Shown: positions 45,990 to 61,928 of the stretch, piece by piece
Layout of the letters: every line of letters starts with the position of its first letter
Numbering within the stretch: the first letter of the stretch is position 1
NCBI RefSeq assembly: GCF_009914755.1
Contig: NC_060941.1
Length of the DNA: 64,000 nt
Source of the DNA: the human T2T-CHM13v2.0 reference genome, Homo sapiens
Reading direction: 5' to 3' (one strand)
Translations under genes and position numbers: made by a program
Notes under the pieces: generated by a model
The model's input: only the letters and a program-made list of their open reading frames with translations
Told to the model about the DNA's origin: nothing
Databases searched by the model: none

Positions 45990-48900
45990 TGCCGGCTTCA
46001 CAAGGGCTCAGGCTCTGTGAAAACAGTGAGAAAACCAGAAGTCAGAGAGCAGTTTCTCCACAGGAGACGCTGTCATTCGCAGATAGGAGCACAGATGAAG
46101 CTGTTTAAGTGGTGATTATGCTTTTACTTGGCAGATGTCCACCGTTTTTCACTTCATTGGGTTTAATGGTTTAATTTTCACTAAATTCCAGTTAGGCATT
46201 CTCTTTTATGAGCAAACTACATAACCAATGTTATAAATGCCATACAATCTGTCTTACTTCACAACACCTGAGTAATCATTTCCTCCCTTTTAACTGGTTA
46301 ATTTCTACCAACAATTTTCTATCTTAAGCCTTAAAATACCTGAACAATAGATGTTACCAGCATTGCTTGAGAAGCCCAACAGGATAAAATGTAGCATCCT
46401 GTTGAGTTTGAGGATCTTGGAACAAAAATTTCACTAGGAGTCTTGTAGCTGTAACAAGCTAACCCAGGAGGGGTATTGCGTTCACTGCAATTTTCACAGC
46501 AATCCTAACAATTATTTGGCCTGCATCTCCCAACTTCCTGCTATTGCAAGTAAGTAGCAAAGTATCCAAATGTGGAAATCTGTAAACTAATTGCCATGGT
46601 CTGTTGGCCTCCTCAAATGGTAGGTACCATAAGACCAGAGTATTTAGGCAGCCATGAAGACATGAGGCAGCCATGAGGACATGGCCACGTTCTGAGGCAT
46701 CAGGATAAAGCAAACATATTTTAAACTGAATGCAAGATTCATGTGTCAGGAAAATGAAGTATCACTGCTGTAACCCACCACCAACCAAGAACTCTACCAA
46801 GGACTGTGGTAAGAGATGTGGAAGCTATGCTTTCTGCCCTTCTGGAGCTTAATAGCTGATTGCTTCTTTCTGGAGCTTAGCTGGAACGAAGTCAGAAGCC
46901 TGAAAAGCTGGGCAGCAAAACAAGATGCCACGCCCACCTTGTGACATGGTACAGTCATCTCTCTTTATTCACTCATGGCCCATTTACTGGGCACTAGCCC
47001 TACTATGTAAAAATTAAGACCACACCTGGACAGAGACCATGTAAAAAGAGCCAAGACACAGGGCACGCTTCAGAAGTTCTGAGGAGGATGACACCAGTGT
47101 GGGAGGTGGGACATCCAACGGGTCTTTGGAACTGATGGGTGAGTTGTAGTGGGATGAGCATGATTAGGCAGAGGGAAGGGACAAGGGCATAAAGATGGCA
47201 ATGGGCATGGTGTGTGCAGCCACCTGGCTCTATTCTGTTTCCAGGACAGAGGGTGAGTGTGGGGAGCAGTGGGAGGCCATTGAGACAAAAGGGGCATCGT
47301 GGGGCAGTGGAAAGAGCACCCAGCTTGGGCCCAGGACATAGGGCTTCTAGTACTTGTCTTTCTATAGCTGACTCTGTGGGACTTTGAACAAGCCAGGGCC
47401 TCTCGATGTCTCAGTATCTTGGTCTGTAAAATGGAGGTAGATCCACAGTCCTTTCCAAATTTAAAACGCTACACGTTTATGTTTACAGGTGACTGTATCC
47501 AACCCAACACAATACGCTTACAAGTAATCTACCGCAATCGACATTATGTGGCTTGCTTATTTCTTTAATTTGAAGAGCTCCTAATTTAAGCCTTCTGCTA
47601 AATATTCAGGTTCAAAATGCTGGCAACTGATATTACCAACAAGAGAAATCATAAAATGGGTAGGGGAATAAGGGGGTTTGGGAAACAGTGATCCTGGATC
47701 ACTAGAAGGAGGAAATATTCCAAGGATGACAAGAATTACATTCAAGGGCCCAGCTGCAACATGGACTCAAGCTGAAACTACACAATTTCAGTATCAAATA
47801 TTTGAGAGAAGTTACCGTAAAAACTTTCACACACAGTTCTGTCCAGGCTCATTTGTGACCCTCAGGCTTTCCTATCCTGAATCCAGGAAAAGGGAATGAT
47901 CTCTATCCACCAACAAAGCAATTTAAATCCAGGAACTGGCAGCAGCCAGAAAAACACAGCCTCGGGTCCAGGACAATCCTTCCCTGTTATCTTAAGCTAA
48001 GGAATTTGTAGGCTTAGTAAGAAGAAAAATATCAGAAGCAACATATGTTTTTCATTTAACTATCACCTAGTTTTATAAGGGCAATTTAAAAAGAAAATTA
48101 TAGAGGTAATTTAAAAAGAAAAGTTTGGTATTTGATAATTCTCAGTGGGCTGAAAAACTCATTTAAGTTGCTTTCATAACATAAAAGGATGATATGTAAG
48201 GCTCTGCTGTTCTGAGGCTGCTTCACCCACAGCGGTGGCTATAAATGAAGGTAACTGTGGGCACAAGTCCAAGTACAAAGTGCATGATTTTGAGGTTGAA
48301 CAGAGTGAATCGGTCCTTCAGGAACCAAGGCAAGAGTGGAGAGGCCCGTCTGCAGTTGAGGATAAGAAGGCCTGGGAATCTAAGGGCAAAGTTAGGCCCA
48401 GCCTAGCGCCAAAGGGTGAAAACAGCAATGCGTTCAGAAGCCTGCGGTCTCAGCAGTCAGGCCAGGCCCCAGGGAACAAAAAGCTGGCACCTGCTCAGGA
48501 AGCAGAGTTATTTTTCGTGTGGAGGTCACCAGGACCCTGCTTGCCTAATCCTCCACACACTTGGGCCCCCTGACTGGCCAGGTAAAGCGACCTCTGATCA
48601 GACTGGGCGGACAGAGCTGAAGGTGGGCCCCAGGGAGAGCTGGGTGTCAGGTGGCCAGATGGGGGCAGGCTCTGGCTCACTGTTGTTATTGTCCTCCAGG
48701 GCTCACTCAGACAGTGGCCTCAGAGGTTCACAGTAAATGCCCCCAAACCCACACTAACCAAAGCCTGGTTCCACTTCTCTAGATTTTTACTAAAATAAGC
48801 CACACGAGGCCGGAGCATCACTACTGCTCTTTAAATACAAGAAAATGTCCAGGCTTCTGTTTGCTCATCTGCAAAATGAGGGGATTAGGCTAGATAAACA

Positions 48901-49720
48901 AAGGCTGCTTCCAGGCCCCAAACTGCTGGGTAATTGAGTGTGCTAGAACCAGAGACCATGGTTTGGGCTCTAGACAACCTATCAAGTGGTCACTGCCTCT
49001 GCCTCCTCCTGGGGACCACTTCAAGTTCCCTCTTCTCTCTGTCCTCCCAGTGGCTGGCTGCTAAGGCCAACTGAGCCGACCCTCCCACAGCCACAGCCAT
49101 GCAGGACAGCCAAGGCCAAGAGGAAGGACCTGACTGACACCCAGGAAGACTACATGGTTTGTCCAAGGGCACAGCACTGACAACATGGGCTTCCTGACAC
49201 TGAGGCCCGATGCCCGGCAGGGTGCCTTTTCAAACATGCCACACACGCTCTTTATTCCTGCTTTGTCCCAGCTTTTGTACCTGCCCTCTGTGCTCCGTCA
49301 TGGACAGCTCACTTACAAGCTAAGACCTCAGTTCTCAACCAGCAGCATGTGACTGGCCGCACTGAGAAATGAAAGGTCTCATTATCCATCTGACAATCTG
49401 GTACCATATAAAATGGCTAGCCTCCTGCCCTCTACTCCTGAAACTCAATTATACCCAGGCTCAAAAATAGAGACAAGCTTCTCTCAAGCCCTCAGGAACT
49501 GAAAGGCCAAAAAAGAAAGCTTCCTTCTCAACAGTCTCTTTTTCCCATAGTTCCAGCAGACTACAAAGCCCTTGGGTTTTAACACTGACCCCCCAAGCCT
49601 TGTGATGGGAAGGAGAGCTGTAGCTCATGTTGTCGCCAGGCTCCCATAGGTATGATTTCGTGCTGGAGAGGTGTTTAAGCAAAAGTCTGACATGATCAAA
49701 GTGGTACACAAAATTAATCA

Positions 49721-50050
<330 letters not shown>

Positions 50051-50177
50051 TCAAGAACTGAGCAAGGAATAACAGTACAGAAACTAAAGAAAACAGGAAC
50101 CCCGAGGTATGAGCTCTAGAGAAGCCACCTTGCCCTCAAGCATTGGCCTAGCCTAGTCTGGCAAAGGACACTTTCAC

Positions 50178-50477
<300 letters not shown>

Positions 50478-50911
50478 GCCTTTCACTTTAACAGCCTCCT
50501 GAGCAGAAGTCAACATCCAGGGCTGGCCAGCGTGGAACACCAACTGGAGACTCTTCCTCAAGGAGCCGGGACCCCAAAGGACTACAGCTACTAGGTAACA
50601 GGTGAACCAGAAGCAAACCAGGCCTCACTTAGACTGGAGGCCTAGGTTTGCCTCCTCTGAAAGAACCAGGGAATCTCAACCATGAGCTTCTTCCAAGGTG
50701 GTCTTGGATCAGAAATACCTCCAGGGACCTGGCAGAAGAAATTCTCTCCCCACGAAAGCAAAGCACTTTCACCCGAAGCCTCAAGTTATTCCGAGAAATA
50801 CTTTCTCAAATACAATGAATGGTAAGCACATAACCAAAGGTAACCAAGCAGATGAGGAAACAAGACTAAGGACCAGCAGAAATAGAATATAACAGAAAAA
50901 TAAGGACTTCA

Positions 50912-51318
<407 letters not shown>

Positions 51319-51581
51319 ATCTAAAGGGAGAATTACAGGCAAGCAGACCAGTTTTAAGGCTATTCTGGCAGCCAAAGCATGATGTAAGAAATGCCTAAAC
51401 TAGAGGAGTGGATGTGGAGCTGGCAAGAAAAGGCAGATGGAAAGAGAAGGAAAAGAATGAAGCAACAGGACCAGATGGAAGGTTGGAAAGGAAAAGAAAA
51501 CATGAGGAACAGTCCAAATTGACTTAAGTCACTAAAGAGATAAGTCTAGTTCCTGTGAAGGCAGGCAGGGGAGATAAGGGA

Positions 51582-51862
51582 CGTGGTACACAGGTAATGC
51601 TCCTCCCCTACCCCACTCAGAGACGTCCACATCCTAGTCCCTAAAACCTGTGAATCTGTTACTTCCCATGGCAACAGAGATTTTGCAGATATGATTGAGA
51701 TGGAAAGATTATCCTGGATTGCCTGGGTGGGCCCAATGTAATCACAAGTGCCCTTAAAAGATATGAGGAAGGCAGAAACTCAGAGAAGGCGATGTGAAAC
51801 AGAAGCAGACATCAGAGTAATGAGAGCAAGGAGCATGACCCAAGGAATGCAGGTGGCCTATG
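51582..51862 (+). mobile_element. MaLR LTR fragment (MLT1D-like)
   Basis: GTCCACATCCTAGTCCCTAAAACCTGTGAAT...GATTATCCTGGATT...GGGCCCAATGTAATCACAAG. Confidence 0.7.
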
Positions 51863-51864
51863 GA

Positions 51865-53955
51865 GGGGAAGAAAATATCTGCAAATCATTTATCTGATAA
51901 GGGGTTAATATCCAGAAAATGTAAAGAACTCTAATAACAAACAACTTGACACCTTATACAAAAATTAACTCAAGATGGATTAAAGACTTAAACGGAAAAC
52001 CCAAAAACTATAAAAACCCTAGAAGAAAATCTAGGCAATACCATTCATGACATAGGCACAGACAAAGATTTCATGATGAAAACGTCAAAAGCAATTGCAA
52101 CAAAAGCAAAAACTGACAAATGGAATCTCATTAAACTAAAGAGCTTCTGTGCAGCAAAATAAACTATCATCAGAGTGAACAGGCAACCTACAGAATGGGA
52201 GAAAATTTTTGTAATCTATCCATCTGACAAAGGTCTAATATCCAGAATCTACAAGGAACCTAAACAAACGTACAAGAAAAAAACAACCCCATTAAAAAGT
52301 GGGCAAAGGACATGAACAGACATTTCTCAAAAGAAGACATTTATGCAGCAAAAAAACATATGAAAAAAAGCTAAATATCACTGATCATTAGAGAAATGCA
52401 AATCAAAACCACAATGAGATACCATCTCACACCAGTCAGATGACAATTATTAAAAAGTCAAGAGAAAACAGATGCTGGTGAGACTGTGGAGAAATAGGAA
52501 TGCTTTTACACTGTTGGTGGGAATATAAATTAGTTCAACCATTGTGGAAGACAGTGTGGCAATTCCTCAAAGACCTAGAACCAGAAATACCAGTTGACCC
52601 AGCAATGCCATTACTGGGTATATACCCAAAGGAATATAAATCATTCTCTTATAAAGATACATGCACACATACGTTCACTGCACCACTATTCACAATAGTA
52701 AAGACACAGAATCAACCCAAATGCCCATCAATGATAGACTGGACTAAAAAAATGTGGTATATATACACCATGGAATACTATGCAGCCATAAAAAGAAATG
52801 AGATCATGTCCTTTCCAGGGACATGGATGGAGCTAGAAGCCATTATCCTCAGCAAACTAACACAGTAACAGAAAACCAAACACTGCATGTTCTTACTTAT
52901 AAGTGGGACCTGAACAATGAGAACACTTGGACACAGAGAAGGGAATAACACACACTGGGGCCTGTCAGGGGGCAGGGGGCAGGAAGAGGGAGAGCATCAG
53001 GATAAATAGCTAATGCATGTGGGGGTTAACACCTAGGTTGACAGGTGCAGCAAACAAGCATGGCACACATTTACCTATGTTAACAAACCTGCAAGTCCTG
53101 CACATGTATCCTGGAACTTAAAATTAAATTACATTTTTAAAAAAATGGGCAAAGGACTTGAAAGGACAGTTCTCCAAAAAGATATACAAATGGGCAACAA
53201 GCACATGGAAAGATGCTCAACATCACTAGTTATTAGGAAAATGCAATTAAAACCGCAATGAGATATCACCCCACATCCATTAGGATGACTACAATTAAAA
53301 AAGAAGAAAAGAAGTGTTGGCAAGGTTGTACAGAGATTAGAGTTTTTGTGCACTATTGGCAAGACTGTAAAATGGCGCAACTGATATGGAAGTTTCTCAA
53401 AAGTTAAAAATAGAACTACCATATAATCCTCCAATCCCACTTCTGGGTATATATCCAAAAGAATTGAAAGCAGGGTCTCAAAAAGATATTTGCACACCCA
53501 TGTTCACAGTGGCATTTCAGACAATGGCCAAGAGGTGGAAGCAACCCAAGTGTCCACTGACAGATGAATGGACAAACACAAGGGAATATTATTCAGCCTT
53601 AAAAGGAAGGAAATCCTGTCACATGCTACTACATGGATGAACCTTGAGGACATTATGCTAACGAAATAAGCTGACTAGTCACATAAAGACAAATACTGTA
53701 TGATTCCACTTACAAGAGGTATCTAAAGTAGTCAAATTCATAGCAACAGAAAGGAAAATGAAGAGTTCCATGGGCTGGCAGAGGAGGAAATGGGGAGATG
53801 TTGTTTAATGGATACAGAATTTCAGTTTTATAAGATGAAAAAGTTCTGGAGATTGGTTGTATAACAATGTGAATATACTTAATACTACCGAACTTAAAAA
53901 TGGTTAAGATGGTAAAATTTTGCTATACGTATTTTATCATAATTAAAAATAAAAT
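51865..53955 (+). mobile_element. L1MB-type 3' fragment split by the L1PA (51865-51945 and 53135-53955)
   Basis: Sequence is continuous across the insertion; GAATTGAAAGCAGGGTCTCAAA and AAAATGGTTAAGATGGTAAA 3'UTR motifs. Confidence 0.75.
51950..53130 (+). mobile_element. 5'-truncated L1PA (older primate) 3' end, nested in an older L1MB
   Basis: ORF2 C-terminal remnant (LLHCWWEYKLVQPLWKTVW...MEYYAAIKRNEIMSF) followed by L1PA-type 3'UTR. Confidence 0.88.
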
Positions 53956-54005
53956 TTGAAGGCCAGTATATGTGCAGGTTAGTTACATTTTAAAAAGCAA
54001 AAATT

Positions 54006-54400
<395 letters not shown>

Positions 54401-55481
54401 CAAATAATATAAAATTTTAAAAGATTTCACTCTTCAAAACTACAAAGAAATAATACTCTGAACCACTTGTTATGCCAACTAAAACAATTCTATTCAAAAA
54501 CTTCACATTGTTCTTTAGTGTTTACACTACAGTGTGGTTAAGTTATAAGATAATAGATGTAAATGTATTTATGCTCCCATACATTTGGGGTGGGGCAGGG
54601 GTGGGGTGGGGGAGGCTATTTGGAGCCAAATGCCCTCTAAACCTTAGCCTTGATCCGGTATGTTTCCAGAAAGCAGGATGTCTCAAACTCTTCTGCTGAT
54701 GGGTCCTTCCTAAGGTCTTTGCCAGAATCCTCCTTTAAGGTTGCTATCCCTATGAAGAAGTTCATCTCTCCCATTAAGACTGAGAAAGCCTCTAATAAGG
54801 GCTTCTCTCTCCAGAATTTATGTAGGATTCTGTTCTATCTAGTTTACAAATTAGTAGCTGCCATCTAACTTGAACTCATAAAAAACAAAGGCCTCAAACT
54901 GGAGCCAACTGCGCTCTGTGTCAGTGGAGTCAGAGTGAGCGTATCAAACAGCAATGAGGTTTATTTGCTTTCTGTTCACCCAAAAAGGTCATCATCATCA
55001 ATTAGGCCATGAAAAACCAATCAACAATAAATCAGGCTGTATAATAAAAAATGAAGAGCCATTTCAAGACTCAATATTAGCATTTATTAATTCCAAGATA
55101 ATATTAACCTCACTGAATCTGGCTTTTTTTTTTTTTTTTTTTCACTTTTTTTCTTTGGTCTCATTTTCTACTAATAACTGCCCTTCCTAGCTCTGTCTTT
55201 CACAATCCTGGGGTTCTAGAATCAGAGCCATAAAAAGAGCAGATGGTTCGTTCCAGGCCACTCAATTATCACCAACACGTGTTTGTTCATAGCAAACACA
55301 CTAGGCCAAATAGTAGTATAGCCATGAATATTATTTACTTCTAATTCATATACTAGATTAGAGGAAATACTGGAGGAAAGAATGAGAGACAGGGTAAGGC
55401 AGGGAGGGAAGAAAGCAAATTTCATTGAAAATGGAACCAGCCTCCAGGTACAGTGTACAGTGAGCACGGTAACAGAGCATC

Positions 55482-55710
55482 TTTTTTTTTTTTTTTTTTT
55501 TGCGATGGAGTTTCACTCTTATTGCCCAGGCTGGAGAGCAATGGCACGATCTAGGCTCACTGCAACCTCCAGCTCCCAGGTTCAAGCGATTCTCCTGCTT
55601 CAGCCTCCTGAGTTGCTGGGATTACAAGTGCCTGCCACAACACCTGACTAATGTTTTTTATTTTTAGTAGAGACGGGGTTTTACCATGTTGGCCAGGAGG
55701 CCGAGGCAGG
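55482..55710 (-). mobile_element. 5'-truncated Alu with apparent short 5' inversion
   Basis: TSD GGTAACA(G/C)AGCATCT; sense-strand GGAGGCCGAGGCAGG at 55696-55710. Confidence 0.85.
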
Positions 55711-56939
55711 TAACACAGCATCTGAAGGGGCAAGCCTGGTGTCGAGTGTGCTTCCTTTCTCGGGACCATCCCTAATCCTTCAAGGTCATTATTCACATTC
55801 TTTGTCTTTGTAAAATTCAGCCTGTTAGGCATTTGCTACCTCTGAACAAGCTTGCATTTGGACATTTGATGTATGAGTACCATCTGCTAGCTTGGGTTAT
55901 GTCAGTCAACAGTTTCAATCCAAAAGCTCCTGGCAGAGGAAAAGAAGGCAAGCTGCATTCTATTGCAGAGGATGTCTTAATACTTCTTACCTGTGCATTT
56001 TTTAATAGGAGTTGGTTTTGTAAAAAGGAGGGAAAAGGCTATAAGATTCTGTATTTTTCTGCCTTGATGCCACAGAGCAAAACAGTGAATCTGGTCAAAA
56101 CCAACCACGGCAGGAAGGTCTGATTTAGCCTACAAATCTCAAGTACATCTTAAGAGCTATCCCTTGATTCATTTAAATTCAATGAAGCAGCTGAGAACTG
56201 CCAGCAGCCATTCTAATCTGTTAATACTCCACCTCACAAACAAAAATCAATATGACATTGTAGATAATGAACTAGCTCTAGCCTTAGTTTCATTTAAAGA
56301 AAAGAAAAAGACAAGACTCTATCTTCAGCACTGGCAAGAAACTTGGAAATCCTTTCCCATTAGTTGTTAGGTTCCCAGGCCCCCTACTCACCATCTCTTC
56401 CGACCCAGCAGGGTCCTGCACCACCACCAACACAGCACAGGGTTTAGACGAAGAAACTAGCAGGCCCACTCCCTTCCACCACCGCATAGACCTTTTACCT
56501 GCCATGAAGAAAGCCCACTCTGGGAAGAGTGCCACATCCCAGAGGAAAGGGGGGTTCGAAAGCATCAATACAATTAGAATTTTGCTTTATAGATTGCTAG
56601 ATGGCTCAAATAACAAAATCAAATTCAATTCACAGTAACTCATTGAAAACCAGGTCATGCGTTCAGCACAACCATACAAGGCCTGTGGAGGTTTATAAAA
56701 AATAATAATGGGGGCATCTACAGGGGAAAACTCAAGGAGACAACACATAGACATCAGAAAATGACATCAATATGGGGTCACAGAAACCCTAGAATAAGTA
56801 ATGATAACTCAGGACAGGTGTGTCCTAAACAGATGGTACTTATCAAGTAAAGAAGTCTGGGAATAACTTTTTTTTTTTTAAAGCAGAAAAGTCATCTATG
56901 TGTCTTAGAAGGAGGATATGCAGAGAAGAGAATATTGCA

Positions 56940-57075
56940 GGCTGGGCACAGTGGCTCAAGCCTGTAATTCCAACACTCTGAGAAGCCGAGGCGGGAGGAA
57001 TGCTTGAGTCCAGGGGTTCGAGACCAGCCTGGACAATACAGCGAGACACTATCTCTATTTAAAAACAACAAAAAA
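56940..57075 (+). mobile_element. FLAM / Alu left monomer
   Basis: Monomer with A-rich tail; TSD AGAATATTG. Confidence 0.85.
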
Positions 57076-57356
57076 AGAATATTGTGGATATGAAGCAACA
57101 GCACATGGAAGGGCATTGAGATGGGAACAAGGCAGCTACACAAGAGGGACGTTAACTGCTACCTGAAGCTGAGGGGTGGTGCTAGGGGTGAGGAAAGAAT
57201 ATTAATATTTGAGTTCAGGAGCAGGCAATCAATTGTTCCAAACCTCTAAATGTGCTTGAATTTATATTTAAATCTTAAAAAGAAAACCTTTCCATGTACT
57301 TTTCACCAATCATTCCTAAACCGTAGGCTCTTGAGAAATCTGAAAACCAGGAGTAA

Positions 57357-57786
<430 letters not shown>

Positions 57787-58715
57787 CAAAACAACACATT
57801 TTCAAAAGCTGATGCTCACGGGGTAACATGTTAACAACAATGTACCTTTGGGAAAGGGTTTAAGATTCCATTTTTACTTTTGCATCCATTTTAAAGTTTG
57901 AAACTATGTCCAAATTAAAAACAAAAGCAGCATTCCTAACCACTGTTTGGCTTTGGGGATATCATGAGAGCTGCTCCCCTCCCGTCCCTATTGGTTCTAC
58001 CAGTTGGGATTATCAAGCAGGGTTCCAGGCAGTAAGAGGAGAGAGCTGAAGTTGTACCATTCCTTAAATTCTCAAGCTTCATTTTGAAATAATGACAGAT
58101 TCTCAGGAAGTTGCCAAAGTAGTACAGAGAGGTTCCATGTACTTTTCACCAATCATTTCTAAAATTTTAAAGGCAAATCTTGTAAGTCAGATAAATTCCA
58201 AGTGGTTAAGAAATCATGTTTTTAACTTTCATGCAATGTAAGAAAAATGCATTCCACCTGGCAGAGTAAAACTTCCCCTTAGAAGGACTTACAGTCTTTC
58301 TTAAGGTCTTTCTTTAATGGTCAAATTTAGGAAGGCATCTTCAATAGGTATCTCCCAAGTACATGAACAGGCACTTCACCCAAAAGTTCAAATGGCCAAG
58401 AAACAAATAAAAAACTCAACCTTACTAAAAATAATACAGAATTGGAAACAAACCGATGAAATAATTTCTCTCAATGATTAAAACATGTATGATGCTGGCA
58501 AGGGCACAATGAGACAAACCCTCTCTTGCACTAAGGCTGGAACATAATTAGCAAAAACTTTGCTGAAAACTGGTATTAGAAACTAGAAAATTAGTAAAAA
58601 CTTTTCTGTAGTATAAAAGTAGTATAAAAAATAATAAAATATTTATAAAAAATAATGGGTGCATCCACAGGGAAAACTCAAGGAGACAACACATAGACAT
58701 CAGAAAATGACATCA

Positions 58716-59042
<327 letters not shown>

Positions 59043-60019
59043 CTAGAATAAGTAATGAAAACTCAGGACAGGTATGTCCTAAACAGATGGTACTCATCAA
59101 GTAAGTACTCATCAAGCTGACACCAATGTACAAATGTCTGCACTGGGCAAAAAAAAGGAGAGGGTAGCATTAATTCTCATTTTCTCCATATAACAGGTTT
59201 AACAGTAATTGTTATTTGCTAATTTCAGGTATTTCCAAATACTTTTGTGATCTGGAAAAAAAATTATATGTAAACACATGTCAATCTTTTAAAAATTATT
59301 ATAATCATTATCTTCAGAATATAAAATTGCCCTAGCCAATCCTCTGTGCCTTACCCACAAGAAAACTAAGGCAGAAAGACTCATTTTTATTAAATGAGGA
59401 CACACTGTATGTATGTATGTAATCTGCTTTTATACTCAAGATTACACACTGAAGTAATCTATCATTAGCAAGGCCTTTAGTTTGAGTTCCACCAACTTGG
59501 TAGCAGTCTGGCCCTCTGGCAAATCATTTACCCTAACCAAGCCTAAGCTTCTTTTCATCTGTAAAATGGGAATGGCAACTGACTGTTCAGAAGATTAAAC
59601 GAAACAACTTAAGCAAAGCACTGAGCATGATCCCTGGCACAGAGCAGCCCTCCCTAATTGTTTACTGTTCTTATAAGCATTTTCTCAAATCAAAGATTAT
59701 TTCATGCATGATTTTTAATCGCTGTATAGGATGAATATTCCATAATGTAATTCAAGAATACCACTTGAATTTCTTATTACAAACAAGACTGCAATGCTGC
59801 ACATGATGCTATAGATAAACCTTTGACTAGCTATAGATAAACCTTTGACTGCCCTCTGGTTATTTCCTTAGGAAATATTTCTAGAAGTGAAATGAGAGAG
59901 TTGAACCATATGTATACATCTTCACTTCAATAAAAAATATATAATTTCAAACTCATTGAAAAAAACTTCAAAAACAGATGTAGAGGAAAAGTGAAATTTT
60001 CTCCTCCTCCCTGCAAAAT

Positions 60020-60511
60020 CAGCTTCATGGAAGACAATTTTTCCACGGACCAGAGGCAGCGGGGTATGGTTTCGGGATGATTCAAGTATACTGCATTTAT
60101 TGTGCATTTCATTTCTATTGTTATTACATTGTATATAATGACACAATTCTACAACTCACAATAATGTAGAATCAGTGGAAGCCCTGAGCTTGTTTTCCTG
60201 CAACTAGACAGTCCTATCTGGGGGTGCTGGGAGACAGTGACAGATCATCAAGCATTAGATTCTCATAAGGAGGAGCAACCTAGATCCCTCGCATGCGCAG
60301 TTCACAGTAGGGTTTACACTCCTATGAGAATCTGTGCCGCTACTGATGTGACAGGAGGTGGAGCTCAGGCAGTCATGCGAGGGATGGAAAGGGGCTGTAA
60401 ATACAGATGAAGCTTTGCTCACTCACCCACAGCTCACCTCCTGGTGTGCAGCCTGGTTCCTAGCAGGCCATGGACCGCTCCTGGTCTGTGGCCCGGGGAT
60501 TGGGGACCCCT
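60020..60511 (+). mobile_element. MER1A hAT-Charlie element lacking its left terminus, within old antisense L1
   Basis: TGGAAGACAATTTTTCCACGGAC...ATTAGATTCTCATAAGGAG...GGGGATTGGGGACCCCTG. Confidence 0.8.
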
Positions 60512-60698
60512 GGTTTAGAACGTATCTTTCCAGACCTTTCATAGGCATTTTGTGTGCATACAAAAGGTAGTGCGCACAAATAAAGTTGTTTTTGTTTTTA
60601 CTTTTAAATGAGATCATATTATACAAATTGTTTTGCATTTGTTTTTTACTTACTATTTCTTGGACCACCTCCTATGGCCTATACCTATGGACTGACAG

Positions 60699-60699
<1 letters not shown>

Positions 60700-60731
<32 letters not shown>
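60700..60731. repeat. (CA)n microsatellite
   Basis: About 16 CA units. Confidence 0.95.
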
Positions 60732-60734
<3 letters not shown>

Positions 60735-61867
60735 TTTCTACACAGTAAGGTATGCCACTATTTACTTAATCATTTTTTTATTTGATAGAAATTTGCAGGG
60801 TTTCCTGTTTTCACCATTAGAAACAACGCTGCCTTTAAAAGCTGTGTTTCCATATAAATCTTGTGCAAAAAGAAAGTCTATCTGTAGGATGTATTTCTAG
60901 AGTGGAGTTGCTGGGTCAAATGAGGTACATATTTAAAATTCTGAAACTGTTTGCCAATTTGTCCAATTTACTCTCCTAATTAACATTGTATAAAATGTCC
61001 ACCTTCAACCCTGGTCAAGACTGAATATTATTTTAAATTTCTGCCCATTCAGTGGGCAGGGAAAAGGTATCTCAATGCTTTGATAGTCACTTCATACTTT
61101 TCCCTCATTTGCTTCTCTTCTTCTGTTAACTGGTCGTTCATATTTCTTGCCCAAGGACTTTTGTTATTCACTTCTTTATCAAGGATAGTTAATACTTTGT
61201 CTATTGTATGTGTTCCAAATATTTCCTTCCATCTCTGACTTGCCTTTTAATTGTATGGGTTTTTTTTTTAATATACAAAGTTTTACATTTTGAGATGTTG
61301 AAGCTCTCTATCTTTTTCTTTATGGCTTCTGGATTTTTTTACAGCTTCCTGATGAAGCCTTCCCATTCCATCAGCATAAAAACATTCGTCTTTGAAATCT
61401 TTTTAGAAAACGCTGACAATAGTGTATATAACACACATAACACACATATTGCTCTGTTTCCTATACAAGGATCTAAATTTTAACTTTGGAAAAACTGACT
61501 GATATGGACAATCATTTCTCTATTTTCTAGCTATAATAAACTGTAAAGCATTGAATTTATTCCCTTCAAATCATATTAGGAAATTAGACAACCTAGCTTA
61601 CATCTAGGTTGATCACTGGCCATTCAGCTTCTCAATGTGAGGAACGTATTTCAGATTAATTCTTCAAAAACTGAAAAAACTCTTTAAGAACTCAAAAAAA
61701 TTAGCCGTTTCCCCCAGTCAGAAACCCTCCTTTTCACACAGGCATCAGCAGACTTAACCTTGATATAGGGCAGTAAATTTGCTAAGTGTAATCTTACATC
61801 AGAATGTTATTTATAGGTAAGGCATCTGAGGGCCAAAGAAGATAAATTTTTTTAAACCAGGTTTAAG

Positions 61868-61928
61868 ATGTGTGCATGCATGTGTGCACATGTGTATGTG
61901 CATGTATGTGTGCACACATGTGTGTGTA
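61868..61928. repeat. Alternating purine-pyrimidine (TG/CA mixed) tract
   Basis: ATGTGTGCATGCATGTGTGCACATGTGTATGTGCATGTATGTGTGCACACATGTGTGTGTA. Confidence 0.85.

Noticed and set aside
44319-46001. 560-aa ORF as a complete single-exon gene starting at GTG 46001
   Set aside because: The first ATG is at 45989 in good context, and the terminal VSLSPGAG is read-through past a consensus donor at 44345
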